This document shows positions 1 through 9,060 of a DNA stretch of 64,000 bases, piece by piece. Made by a program: the position numbers and the translations under genes. Location: assembly GCA_963675785.1 (NCBI GenBank), contig OY776562.1, positions 1,536,001 through 1,600,000 of the forward strand. The letters run 5' to 3'. The first letter of the stretch is position 1; each line of letters starts with the position of its first letter. The notes beneath the pieces are model-generated. The model worked only from the letters and a program-made list of their open reading frames with translations. It was not told where the DNA came from and did not search any database. This DNA comes from Anaerolineae bacterium (GTDB lineage Bacteria; Chloroflexota; Anaerolineae; UBA1429).

Positions 1-93
1 CTGGTTTCTCCTTTTTATAGCCAAGTTCAAATTCACCAGCCCTATTCAACACACCTTTTACTCCAGAGATCGAAATGGAAGAGACAATCCACG

Positions 94-309
94 TCATGAT
101 TCGCCTCCGGTAGCTCTTTTCTCTGCTATATCAAGTAGATCCTTAGCCAGATTAGACCCAGCCTTTGAATGAATCGAAGCTGAGTCCAAATGAAGACGTG
201 TTATCTGTACAATCTCTTGATCAAACTGATTGCTATCGACTAATGCCTCATCAAAGAGTTTCCGCAACAACTCAGATGCTTGAAATAACTCGGATGATTG
301 CTCAGACAT
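94..309 (-). CDS. hypothetical protein (71 aa, lower GC)
   Basis: ORF with GGAGG RBS just upstream of the ATG; no family recognised. Confidence 0.55.
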   Translation of the reverse strand: MSEQSSELFQASELLRKLFDEALVDSNQFDQEIVQITRLHLDSASIHSKAGSNLAKDLLDIAEKRATGGES

Positions 310-565
310 AAGACCTCCTTGGCAAGATTCACTAGGGAATATCCCCGCTAGTCATCAAATCGTCAGATCAAAGCAATACGAAACACAACTCACCTTAGCT
401 AAACGCCAAAACACAAAAGCCAAGTGTTCTAGTCCTCTCACACAAAAACATTATGTCTATCACTATACTCGAATCCTCTTCGATAATCAATAAAATGACT
501 TAAGACAAATAGCCTACTCGTATAGCCACCAAACTCGCCTTCCCCAACCTCACCCACCCTCACTT

Positions 566-636
566 GGAGGTACCCCATGCCCCTCACCCTGTCCGAACAC
601 CTTGCCCGCCTGCGCGCCACCCTCGGCGATTCCCCC
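566..636 (+). repeat. 71-bp direct repeat, copy 1 (identical to 1906-1976)
   Basis: ggaggtaccccatgcccctcaccctgtccgaacac...cggcgattccccc is identical at offset 1340. Confidence 0.97.
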
Positions 637-642
637 ACCTAA
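577..642 (+). pseudogene. truncated 5' fragment of the 1917-2546 gene (MPLTLSEHLARLRATLGDSPT*)
   Basis: Same RBS and first 20 codons as 1917-2546, then ACC TAA overlapping the stop of the antisense TPR gene. Confidence 0.85.
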
Positions 643-1646
643 TCTTTGGCCGCCAACTCTCTTTCGAGCGCAGAGATGCAGTCTGTTATCTCCTTCACCC
701 AGTCGTCGTACCCAAGGGTTTCTGCAATCGCCAGTGCCTGCTGGTAACACTCTTGGGCCTCGGCCAAGCTGTTCAGGGTATAGTACAAGCTGCCCATGCT
801 CACCAGTATATCCGCCTCACCCTCCAGATAGCCCACCTCGTGGGCGGTTTCTAGTGCCTGCTCATAGAGCTCCAGCGCATGATACCTCTCGGCACGATCT
901 TCGGTGTATCTTGCGCGGTTGGTGAGCGTCATCACCTCGCTAACCCCGTCGCCCGACTCTCGGGCCAGCGTGAGCGCTTGCTCATAGATTTCCAGAGCAT
1001 CTTCCTTTGAGCTCATCCAGGCGATGTTGTTGAGTGCCATAACCTCACCTGCCGAGTCGCCGATTTCACGAGAAATCGCGAGCGATTGCTCATAGGCGTC
1101 CAGGGCCTTGTCGTACTGCAACTGATCGAGGTGCACCTGGCCAATAGTGTTGAGCAGCATCGCTTGGATCCTCGGGATGCCCAGTTCACGGATGACGTCG
1201 AGCGACTGCTCATAGAATTCCAGGGCCTTGTCATACTCTTCCTGCAAATACCACGTAGCGGCAATGTTCCAGAGCGAGTCCCCCTCGGCGTATGGGTCGT
1301 CCGCCTCGCGGGCTAGCGTCAGCGCCCGTTGGTAATAGGCCCGCGCCTTGCGGTAGCGGCCCTCCTGGTAGGCGGCATTGCCGGCGGCGGCCACATCCTC
1401 AAACGTGTCGTTCATTGTGGTTATAGCGACTGTCGTGGTGGCAAGACCATCCAGTCTTTCGCTCACCCAGGCCCGTGGCCGGGGATCTGTGGCCATTCCT
1501 ATCAGAAACAGAACCACAAGCAGGGCCGCAAAAAGAATGATCCTCCTGAAAAGCCATGATTCGTGCTGCCAGCAGTAGCGTCGCCCTGGCACGGCTCGTC
1601 TTTTACATGCGTCACCATTGCTCATCAAGAACTGGCATTGTTTCAT
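639..1646 (-). CDS. TPR protein with N-terminal C-C-C-H zinc-finger-like motif and one TM helix
   Basis: CQFLMSNGDACKRRAVPGRRYCWQH, hydrophobic IILFAALLVVLFLIGM, then MalT-type TPRs (ALEFYEQSLDVIRELG). Confidence 0.85.
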   Translation of the reverse strand: MKQCQFLMSNGDACKRRAVPGRRYCWQHESWLFRRIILFAALLVVLFLIGMATDPRPRAWVSERLDGLATTTVAITTMNDTFEDVAAAGNAAYQEGRYRKARAYYQRALTLAREADDPYAEGDSLWNIAATWYLQEEYDKALEFYEQSLDVIRELGIPRIQAMLLNTIGQVHLDQLQYDKALDAYEQSLAISREIGDSAGEVMALNNIAWMSSKEDALEIYEQALTLARESGDGVSEVMTLTNRARYTEDRAERYHALELYEQALETAHEVGYLEGEADILVSMGSLYYTLNSLAEAQECYQQALAIAETLGYDDWVKEITDCISALERELAAKD

Positions 1647-1905
1647 CTTTACCTCTGGGTAATAGCAATCTACTTGTCCCGGCCATCGTTGTAGCGCCTG
1701 CTTCTCGAAATCGCATCTACAAGGGACAGGGCGAATCTGCGATGTGTCGCAATAGTTGGGCTAGAATGGCACCAAAAGGCCGATACAGGAACCGAGTAGC
1801 ATTCTAGCGTTGCCCAGGTTCATCCGCAAGCGTTCCCCTAAAAGGACACGCTTCTAGAGTAAACCATCGCACCCCACTCAACCACCATCCATCCGCCCCT
1901 CACAA

Positions 1906-1976
1906 GGAGGTACCCCATGCCCCTCACCCTGTCCGAACACCTTGCCCGCCTGCGCGCCACCCTCGGCGATTCCCCC
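1906..1976 (+). repeat. 71-bp direct repeat, copy 2 (RBS and 5' end of the intact gene)
   Basis: Identical to 566-636. Confidence 0.97.
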
Positions 1977-2546
1977 GCCGAACTCTGGACCGACGACCAG
2001 CTCACCGACTGCCTGCGCACCGCCCTGGCCCGCCTCGATCAGTCCCTTCCCAGCCAGCAGCAAGCCGTCCTCACCCTCATCCCCGGCACCCCCACCGTCG
2101 ATCTCTCCTCCCTCGGCCCGGACGTCCGCCCCTACGCCGTCGTCTACCCCTACGACCCCGCTTCCCCGCAAAATTTTCAAAACCGTGTCGGCTGGCACCA
2201 AATCGAGAATATACTCCATATACTCGGTATACTAACTATAGATAAAATGTTGCTTCTTTGTTACGAATGCCCCTACGCCCTCTCTGGCCTGGATGGCGCC
2301 ACCTCAACCACCCTCCCCGCCCCCTACGAAGCCGCCTTGCAGGTGGGCGCCTGCGCCCAGGCCTTCAACCTGGCCCTCATCGGGGCCGTCAACCGTGCCG
2401 CCGTCAACCGCCCCTACGCGTATTACCGTGAGGCAAAGTCCGCTGCCGAAAGCACCTTCACCCGCTGGCTCGACGCCCAGGTGCGCCAGCAGTGCCAATC
2501 CCTCAACAACACCCTCTCCTGGGAGCAAGGAGCGCACCATGGCTAA
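1917..2546 (+). CDS. phage head-tail adaptor/connector-like protein
   Basis: GGAGG RBS; LxxLRxxLGD...WTDDQL...AL and STTLP...LxxGA patterns typical of adaptor proteins; first gene of an overlapping 3-gene operon. Confidence 0.6.
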   Translation: MPLTLSEHLARLRATLGDSPAELWTDDQLTDCLRTALARLDQSLPSQQQAVLTLIPGTPTVDLSSLGPDVRPYAVVYPYDPASPQNFQNRVGWHQIENILHILGILTIDKMLLLCYECPYALSGLDGATSTTLPAPYEAALQVGACAQAFNLALIGAVNRAAVNRPYAYYREAKSAAESTFTRWLDAQVRQQCQSLNNTLSWEQGAHHG

Positions 2547-2757
2547 AGTCGCCCGAGCCCGCATCATCAGCTACAACGAATCCACCCACCGCGCCGCCTT
2601 GCTGCTGCTGGCCAACCCCCAGGTGCGCCTGGAGGGCGTGCCCGTAGTGCGCGGCCTCACCGGCCTGGCCCCCGGCGATCATGCCGTGGCCCTCGTCTGG
2701 CCCGAGGCCAGCGCCCTGGTGTTGGCCCTCTGGGATGAGAGCGAGGTGGGCGCATGA
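2539..2757 (+). CDS. small phage-like beta protein (72 aa, MAKVARARIISYNES...)
   Basis: AAGGAG RBS, ATG at 2539, overlaps both neighbours; LEGVPV motif resembles baseplate/gpV-N OB folds (inference). Confidence 0.6.
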   Translation: MAKVARARIISYNESTHRAALLLLANPQVRLEGVPVVRGLTGLAPGDHAVALVWPEASALVLALWDESEVGA

Positions 2758-4697
2758 GAACCCTATCACCGACCTTGCAGGCGGCGCTGGCCGCCAAGCA
2801 GCCTCGCCCGGTCGTCTCGCTGGAGGTGGAGGACCACCGCCGACGCCTGCGCCCCCTGGGCAGCGGCGCCGCCTCCTCGCTGCCCCACCACATGCTGGCC
2901 CTGGGCGGCTCCCTGCTGCGCTGCTGTCTGCAAAGCGGGGGCCTCTATTGGGCCGTGGTGGCCGATCCCGCGGAGGAGGCCAACTGGCCGCCTGTTTGGC
3001 AGCTTGCGGTCAGCGATGGCGCCATCCAAGCCGGAGATGTGGCCCTTGCCGTGGCCCCCGCCCAGCCCGACCGTTGGCTGGTGGCTTATCAACAGCTCAG
3101 CGGAGCCATCCGGGTGGCCTACACCGAGGATGCTGGCACCACCTGGGCCACCCCTTTTACCGCCGCCACCGCCGAGGTGGGTGCCAGCATCGCCCTGGCG
3201 GGCAGCCTGGCCCTCTACAACGTGGGCGGCACCCTCTATGCGCGGCCCTGCCGCAACGACCTGGGCGCCCCCATCGCCTGGAGCGGGGGTCGGGCGCTCA
3301 ACCCCGATTTGCCAGCCTTTACGGCCGTGCAGGGTTTGGCCGCTTGCCCAGAGCCCGGCACCGCCGCGGGTTACCTCTGCTTGGCCTGCCTGGACGGCGC
3401 CCTTTACGGCTTTCGCTACAACCTGGCGGCGGAGACCCTGAGCGATCTGGCTGCCCTGCTGCCCGGCGGCGATGCCCCCGCATCGGCCTTGGCCAAACGC
3501 TGCCTGCCCGCCCTGTGCATCCGCAACACAGAGGTGTATGCCACCGTGCTAGATGCCTTTGGCGACAGCGACCTGACCGCCTGGATGCAGCCGCTGCTGT
3601 TGGGCGGCGAGGTGAGCCGGTTCCCGCGGATGGCGCGCCTGGCCGCGCCGGATATGGCCTGCACCCAGGAGGAGCGGGTGGTGCCGGCGGTGCTGGCCAG
3701 CGGAGAGCGGGCGGGGTGGCTGTTCCTGGCAGATCAGGGGCGGGGGATGGTTAGCCCGGCCTACAGCGCCGAGGAGAACCGCCTGGGGGCGCTGGTGCCC
3801 AGCCAGTTGAGCCTGCAGGTGGATGAAGGGGGCTCGCGATTGAGCGTGCAGGTGCCCAACTGCGCGGGGTGGCTGACCCCGCAAGAGCTGCCAGCCTGCC
3901 AGCCCCTGGCAGAGGTGCGGGCCACCCGCGGACTGTGGACGGCCAGCGGCGCGGAGACCAGCCCACTGCCTCCCCATTACCTGACGCGCGTGGAGGTAAC
4001 GGCGGAGGTGGTGCAGCTGGAGGCAGTGGACGGTTTGGGGCTGCTGGCGCGGGTGCACCCGGCAGAGACGCTGGTGTACCAGGGGCGCACGCTGGGCCAC
4101 ATTGCAGAGGAACTGGCGGCCTTGGCGGGCCTGGAAGTGGTGGGCAGCAGTGACGCGCTAGAGATGATGGTTCCCCGCTATGCCCTGGCACCGAGCCGCT
4201 CGGCGGGTGAGGCACTGGTGGCCCTGCTGCGTGACTACGGCCTGGGCGCCCGTTGCGACACCGCTGGCCGCCTGCAGCTAATCGACCTGGGCGCGGCCAC
4301 TACCGCCAACCTGACGCTGGCAGCGGGCGACCTGCTGGATTGGCGCTGGTCCACCACCCTGCCAGAGGCCAACACGGTGCGGGTGCTGGGCGGCGAAGGC
4401 GACGGCCTGCTGTGGAGCGCGGGCACGGGCGCGGGGCTGAACAGCGGCCTGCTGCTGCCGCAGGTGCTCACCGATGAGACGCTGTGCAGCGAGGCGCAGG
4501 TGCGGGCCAGGGCCGAGGCCCTGTGGCAGGCGGCGCAAGCCAGCACTGGCGGTGCAGAGGTGGTGCTGCGCCTGCACCCCGCCCTAGAGTGGGGCGACGC
4601 GGTAAGTGTGAGGGGCGTGGTGCGGCGGGTGCAAGGGCTGAGGGAGAGGTGGGTGGCAGGAAAGAGGGTGTGGCAGAGTGTGCTGGTGTTGGGGTAG
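2754..4697 (+). CDS. phage tail/baseplate hub-like protein
   Basis: ATGA overlap; MRTLSxxL N-terminus, LEAVDGLGLL, NTVRVLG and HPALEWGDxV C-terminus typical of tail-hub proteins. Confidence 0.6.
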   Translation: MRTLSPTLQAALAAKQPRPVVSLEVEDHRRRLRPLGSGAASSLPHHMLALGGSLLRCCLQSGGLYWAVVADPAEEANWPPVWQLAVSDGAIQAGDVALAVAPAQPDRWLVAYQQLSGAIRVAYTEDAGTTWATPFTAATAEVGASIALAGSLALYNVGGTLYARPCRNDLGAPIAWSGGRALNPDLPAFTAVQGLAACPEPGTAAGYLCLACLDGALYGFRYNLAAETLSDLAALLPGGDAPASALAKRCLPALCIRNTEVYATVLDAFGDSDLTAWMQPLLLGGEVSRFPRMARLAAPDMACTQEERVVPAVLASGERAGWLFLADQGRGMVSPAYSAEENRLGALVPSQLSLQVDEGGSRLSVQVPNCAGWLTPQELPACQPLAEVRATRGLWTASGAETSPLPPHYLTRVEVTAEVVQLEAVDGLGLLARVHPAETLVYQGRTLGHIAEELAALAGLEVVGSSDALEMMVPRYALAPSRSAGEALVALLRDYGLGARCDTAGRLQLIDLGAATTANLTLAAGDLLDWRWSTTLPEANTVRVLGGEGDGLLWSAGTGAGLNSGLLLPQVLTDETLCSEAQVRARAEALWQAAQASTGGAEVVLRLHPALEWGDAVSVRGVVRRVQGLRERWVAGKRVWQSVLVLG

Positions 4698-4950
4698 TGT
4701 GTTTATGCGCTTCGCCAGGGACTGGACGCCACAAGCGGCGTCTGGTGTCTCCTGGCGGGGAAGAGCGTCCTGCGGACGCCAAGCGAGGAGAAGGTCATCG
4801 CTGAACGCGTGCACCAGGCTAAATGCGAACTCTGCGAGTTCGCTTGTGAGAAAGGATGCAAGAGCAAGCTTTGCATCCTTTCTCAAAGACAAGGCCAGGC
4901 CTTGTCAGTGCTACGATTGCAAAGCCTGCTCTGCGGGCAGGCTCTAGGAG
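4698..4950. repeat. REP-like palindrome mosaic A
   Basis: Stacked hairpins (gacgcc-acaagc-ggcgtc, cgaactc-tgc-gagttcg, gaaaggatgcaa..ttgcatcctttc, gacaaggcc-a-ggccttgtc with GTAG foot); modules recur at 7.1, 10.4-11.0 and 12.1 kb. Confidence 0.9.
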
Positions 4951-5071
4951 TTTGGGCGAGGAGAGAAGTGTAAGGGGCATGTTTATCGTTTCGCCAGAGA
5001 AGATTATCGCACAAGGAGAAAAAGTTAGTGCTGGCGAGAGTAAAGCGCTACTCGAACAAAACAGAGGGGCC

Positions 5072-6982
5072 TTAATCGGCCCCATCCAGTCGCTCATATT
5101 CGGCCTGATCAGCCGCAGCTAACCCATCTTCACCAAGAGCAGCATAGGCCAAGCTGCGATAATAATAGGCCAGAGAGAAATCCGGATCAAGTCGGATAGC
5201 CTTCGAATAGTCATCAACCGCTTGCTCTAGATCGCCTTGGTAAGCGTAAGCAACGCCTCTATTTAGATAAGCAGCTACATACTTGTAATCAAGATGAATA
5301 GCTTCAGTAGAGTCTCTAATAGCGCTCTCGCTGTCCCCCAGAGCTAAATACATAACACTGCGGTTAAAATAGCCTGTAGCATCTTCGGGCATAAGGCGGA
5401 TAGCTTCTGTGTAATCCTGAATTGCTTGCTCATAATTCTCTAGCATGCCTTGATAAAAAGCACGATTATGAAAAGCAGCAGCATAACCTGGCTCAAGCCG
5501 AATAGCCTCATCACAATCCTGAATAGCTAATTCGTATTCGCCTTGATCACCATGGGCAAGCCCACGATTGTAATAAGCTTCCACATAATCTGGTTCTAAA
5601 CAAATAGTTTCCGTGTAATCTTGAATGGCTTTATCGTATTCTCCTTGGATGTAATAAGTAACCCCACGGAAAAAATAGCTATATGCATGGGTAGGGTCTA
5701 GTTCAATAACCCTAGTGTAATCTAAGATAGCTCCATCATATTGAGCTTGCTCGCCTAAAACTGATCCGCGATAAAAATAAGCCTTTGCAAAATCAGGTTC
5801 AAGTTGAATAGCTTCTGAAAAGTATTGAATAGCTTGCTCATAGTCATTCTGGAGAAAATAGATATAGCCACATTGATAATAAGCCATTGCACTATTTGCC
5901 TGCAGGTGAATGGTACTGTCACAATCTTGAAGTGCTTGATCATTATTGCCCTGGCTGCTATATGCAATCCCACGATTCAAGTAAGCTGAAGCATAATTAG
6001 GTTCAAGCTGTAAGGCTTTTGTATATGCAGTAATCGCTTGCGCAGAATTTCCCGTGGTTTGGTAAAGCCAGCCCAGCTGAAAATAAACTTCCTCTGAATT
6101 ATCTGGCACCGAGCTTTCAACTATTGAGTCACTAGCTCTCTTAATGGCCTGAAGAGCATTTGTATAATCCATAACAGAAATATAAGACTGACCAATGCCG
6201 AAAAAAGAGAGATAGGGTAGCTGTGTCGACAAATCATCTTGAGACAGCGTGCAAAAACAATACGTACTGGGGGTGGCGAGGCCACTGTACTTGATATCAC
6301 TAATCGGCGTCGCCGGATCAAAATCTGAATCTACGAGATTCAGGTAATTCACAGTGATTCGCGAACCTGTATCACTCCCCCAGATTACCATCCTTGCGCC
6401 ATAACGCTGCCCTAAGGCTTCGGCCCCCTCACGATCGTTCATCTCTAAATTGAGGGCATGGCGCTCAACACGAAAATCAGACAATCCTAAAGATTCGGAA
6501 GCATTCGCGATTTCGCGATAAATTTCACTATCGACATCTGTATCTATTGCCCCTTTAGCAACATCAAAATCTGCAATAAGAATCAGCACTCCGCCTTCAC
6601 TCGCCGGCTTCACCACGGTGAGCAATGGATCCCACTCTCGCCATAGCTCCTTGGGAGATTTCCAACCCAATGAAAAGCCAGCTATGACTATCACCGCAAT
6701 GAGCAAAGGTAATGCTATGCCCAGGTAAAAAGTCCAACGATGTTTGGGGACATCTGGCGGGACGGGCGTGGGAGCACTTGATGTAGTATTCTGGTGCAGC
6801 CAAGCCTTTATTGCCGTTTCTGGTATGTGCCAGCATCCACGGCTATCTTTTTCAACACCCGGAAGATGGCCATCACGACAGTAACGACGTACGACATCTT
6901 CTGCCACACCCATACGTCGAGCAGCTTCAGCCACATCAAGATACATCAATTCTTCAGACGTATTTTCTGTGCTCTCAGCCAT
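5072..6982 (-). CDS. excisionase-type HTH + TM + multi-TPR protein
   Basis: YLDVAEAARRMGVAEDVVRRYCRDGHLPG (HTH_17-like), TM FYLGIALPLLIAVIVIAGF, about 10 AYxNRG-type TPRs; lower GC. Confidence 0.9.
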   Translation of the reverse strand: MAESTENTSEELMYLDVAEAARRMGVAEDVVRRYCRDGHLPGVEKDSRGCWHIPETAIKAWLHQNTTSSAPTPVPPDVPKHRWTFYLGIALPLLIAVIVIAGFSLGWKSPKELWREWDPLLTVVKPASEGGVLILIADFDVAKGAIDTDVDSEIYREIANASESLGLSDFRVERHALNLEMNDREGAEALGQRYGARMVIWGSDTGSRITVNYLNLVDSDFDPATPISDIKYSGLATPSTYCFCTLSQDDLSTQLPYLSFFGIGQSYISVMDYTNALQAIKRASDSIVESSVPDNSEEVYFQLGWLYQTTGNSAQAITAYTKALQLEPNYASAYLNRGIAYSSQGNNDQALQDCDSTIHLQANSAMAYYQCGYIYFLQNDYEQAIQYFSEAIQLEPDFAKAYFYRGSVLGEQAQYDGAILDYTRVIELDPTHAYSYFFRGVTYYIQGEYDKAIQDYTETICLEPDYVEAYYNRGLAHGDQGEYELAIQDCDEAIRLEPGYAAAFHNRAFYQGMLENYEQAIQDYTEAIRLMPEDATGYFNRSVMYLALGDSESAIRDSTEAIHLDYKYVAAYLNRGVAYAYQGDLEQAVDDYSKAIRLDPDFSLAYYYRSLAYAALGEDGLAAADQAEYERLDGAD

Positions 6983-7101
6983 GTCTCCCCTCCTGAAGGT
7001 CTACTTGATCCATTATAGTAGACTTTTACCTATAAATCTATGCAATAAAGTCCTGGGGGCTATCATTTTGTAGAGAAATGGTACACGTAGGAATTGATTC
7101 C

Positions 7102-7395
7102 TCGTAAGGGGTGTATTTATGCGCTTCGCCAGGGACTGGACGCCGCAGGCGGCGTCTGACGTCTCCTGGCTAGGCCAAGCGCGTCCTACGGACGCCGAGT
7201 GGGGAGAAGGTTATCGCCAAAGGAAAGCAAGCCTAGCCAAAATGCACGTCAGACTGAATTGCCTTGCTACGCAGGGCTAGGCGCTGCGGTAGCAAAGTCT
7301 CTGCGAGGCTCTAGGAGTTAGCCTTGCTGATACGAGCCTCCGACCAAAGGTCGGAGGGTTGGCTAACCTAGCACTGGGGTTTTGTCTAGTGCGCC
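7102..7395. repeat. REP-like palindrome mosaic B
   Basis: Shares the leader tttatgcgcttcgccagggactggacgcc with 4702; also cctccgacc-aaa-ggtcggagg. Confidence 0.9.
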
Positions 7396-7593
7396 GCGCT
7401 GTATAAACTCATTCGTGTAAAATCAAAGTCCGACAAGAATTATGAGAAATAATTCAATCCAGACATTAAGAATACGCAAAATATTAACGAATTGATAAAA
7501 TTATGTCTACTAAATGCAGTATACTTACAATGTTGGTTTAGTAGAAGGAAGGCAAAGATGTCTGTAAAGTTATTGAGCCGACTAGAGGACAGC

Positions 7594-8802
7594 ATGTCTA
7601 AATACCGTTCAAGACTACGGAAATCAACTTTTGCTTGCAGTCTAATAAGTGCCCTCGTCCTTTCAGGGTGTCAGGTGCCTGCAACAGTGACACCCGTGCC
7701 AGAGGCCACATCTGCACCCACAGAAACGCCTATCGCGACTCTTGCCACTACGGAAACCGCCACGACCACGCCAACCAACACTGCCTCCCCCACAGCGACC
7801 GCAAAACCCACGGTGGTCATCAGCGATGAAAAACCCTTTACTATAGGCATGCCTATTTTCTACGTTAGCGGCGGTGATTTGTGGTGCAGTGATTTGGAGG
7901 GAGAAAACGCCTTGCAGCTCACTGAAGACGATGCTCTTGATTTAGTGGCACCTCCTCCAGCAAGTGGTGTAAATACTACATTGAGCTCAATATGCAAACC
8001 CAGCGTTTCTCCAGATGGTCTTTGGGTTTCCTATCATCCTCGTACAGAGTTTGGATCTACAATGGTCTTGATACCTACTGTAAAAGGAGTATCTACGCGA
8101 AGAATCGATAACACCTGCTATGGCGTCTGGTCCCCTGATTCGACCAGACTAGCTTACACACCCCACATGGATATTGAATCGGTAATTTATGTGTATGATG
8201 TTTATACACACAACAGAATTAGTTACTATCCACCAGATAATGAAAATACATGGTACTTTGCAAATCCTCTTCTCTGGGCGCCAGATGGCCAAGCGTTATT
8301 TTTCAGAGGTACAACAGAACCTCTTAATACAGAAGATACCGAAATTGATTATAATATACATAATGTCATTAGACTAGATATTCAAACGGGCATAAGCCAG
8401 GTAGTCGGTACAGTACGAACAAGTATTGCCAGCAGTCAAACTTTCTGCCTAGATAGCAAGGGTAATTTTACTACCGATATCGAGAATGGAGCTATCTGCT
8501 CTAAAGACCGCAACTATCCAATTTCGCCAAATGGCTTGTGGATTTATCAAGTCTCCTCTGAAGCCCAAAATACGACGATCAGCATGATGGATGTTGAAAG
8601 GAACGTGATCTGGGAGCGTGAGCTCGATTTTGGGACCTCACAATCTAGGGTTCATTGGTCGCTTGATGGGGAATATTTGTTAATTGACGATTATAGCATG
8701 ACCACCCCCATCTGGCGGCTGGCCAGCGATGGCAGTAGCGAGTTGGAGCAGGTGGTAGATGAGGGGTATCTGCTGGATGTAGTGTCTTCCTGGACAGAGT
8801 AA
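7594..8802 (+). CDS. lipoprotein with Thr/Pro linker and TolB/PD40-like beta-propeller (paralog 1)
   Basis: Lipobox LSGC; T/P-rich linker; SPDG, WSPDS and WAPDG repeats; start chosen by RBS and paralog alignment. Confidence 0.85.
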   Translation: MSKYRSRLRKSTFACSLISALVLSGCQVPATVTPVPEATSAPTETPIATLATTETATTTPTNTASPTATAKPTVVISDEKPFTIGMPIFYVSGGDLWCSDLEGENALQLTEDDALDLVAPPPASGVNTTLSSICKPSVSPDGLWVSYHPRTEFGSTMVLIPTVKGVSTRRIDNTCYGVWSPDSTRLAYTPHMDIESVIYVYDVYTHNRISYYPPDNENTWYFANPLLWAPDGQALFFRGTTEPLNTEDTEIDYNIHNVIRLDIQTGISQVVGTVRTSIASSQTFCLDSKGNFTTDIENGAICSKDRNYPISPNGLWIYQVSSEAQNTTISMMDVERNVIWERELDFGTSQSRVHWSLDGEYLLIDDYSMTTPIWRLASDGSSELEQVVDEGYLLDVVSSWTE

Positions 8803-8829
8803 ATCTGACAGAGCTTCATGTGCGAGTAG

Positions 8830-8867
8830 AGGTCGAGAGGGGACGATCCCTCTCGACCTTTGGTTTT
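8830..8867 (+). terminator. rho-independent terminator
   Basis: aggtcgagaggg/ccctctcgacct stem plus T-rich tail. Confidence 0.7.
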
Positions 8868-9060
8868 AGGATGGGGTTCGATGTATTGTTGAGGATGTGA
8901 TCGTGCGGTTCGCCAGAGATTTGCATTCACTCATGACCACCCCCGGATCCCCTAGCAATAATGTTAAAAATACGCAAATTATCGCCAAATTGATAGAATT
9001 ATACCCACTAGAATATAGTATAATCATGGTGTACAAGTAGATTTTAAGAGGGGACTAACA

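Noticed and set aside
1650-1820. Integron attC site (GTTGGGC and gctagaatg/cattctagc inverted repeat)
   Set aside because: No properly paired RYYYAAC...GTTRRRY boxes around the stem and no intI in the window.
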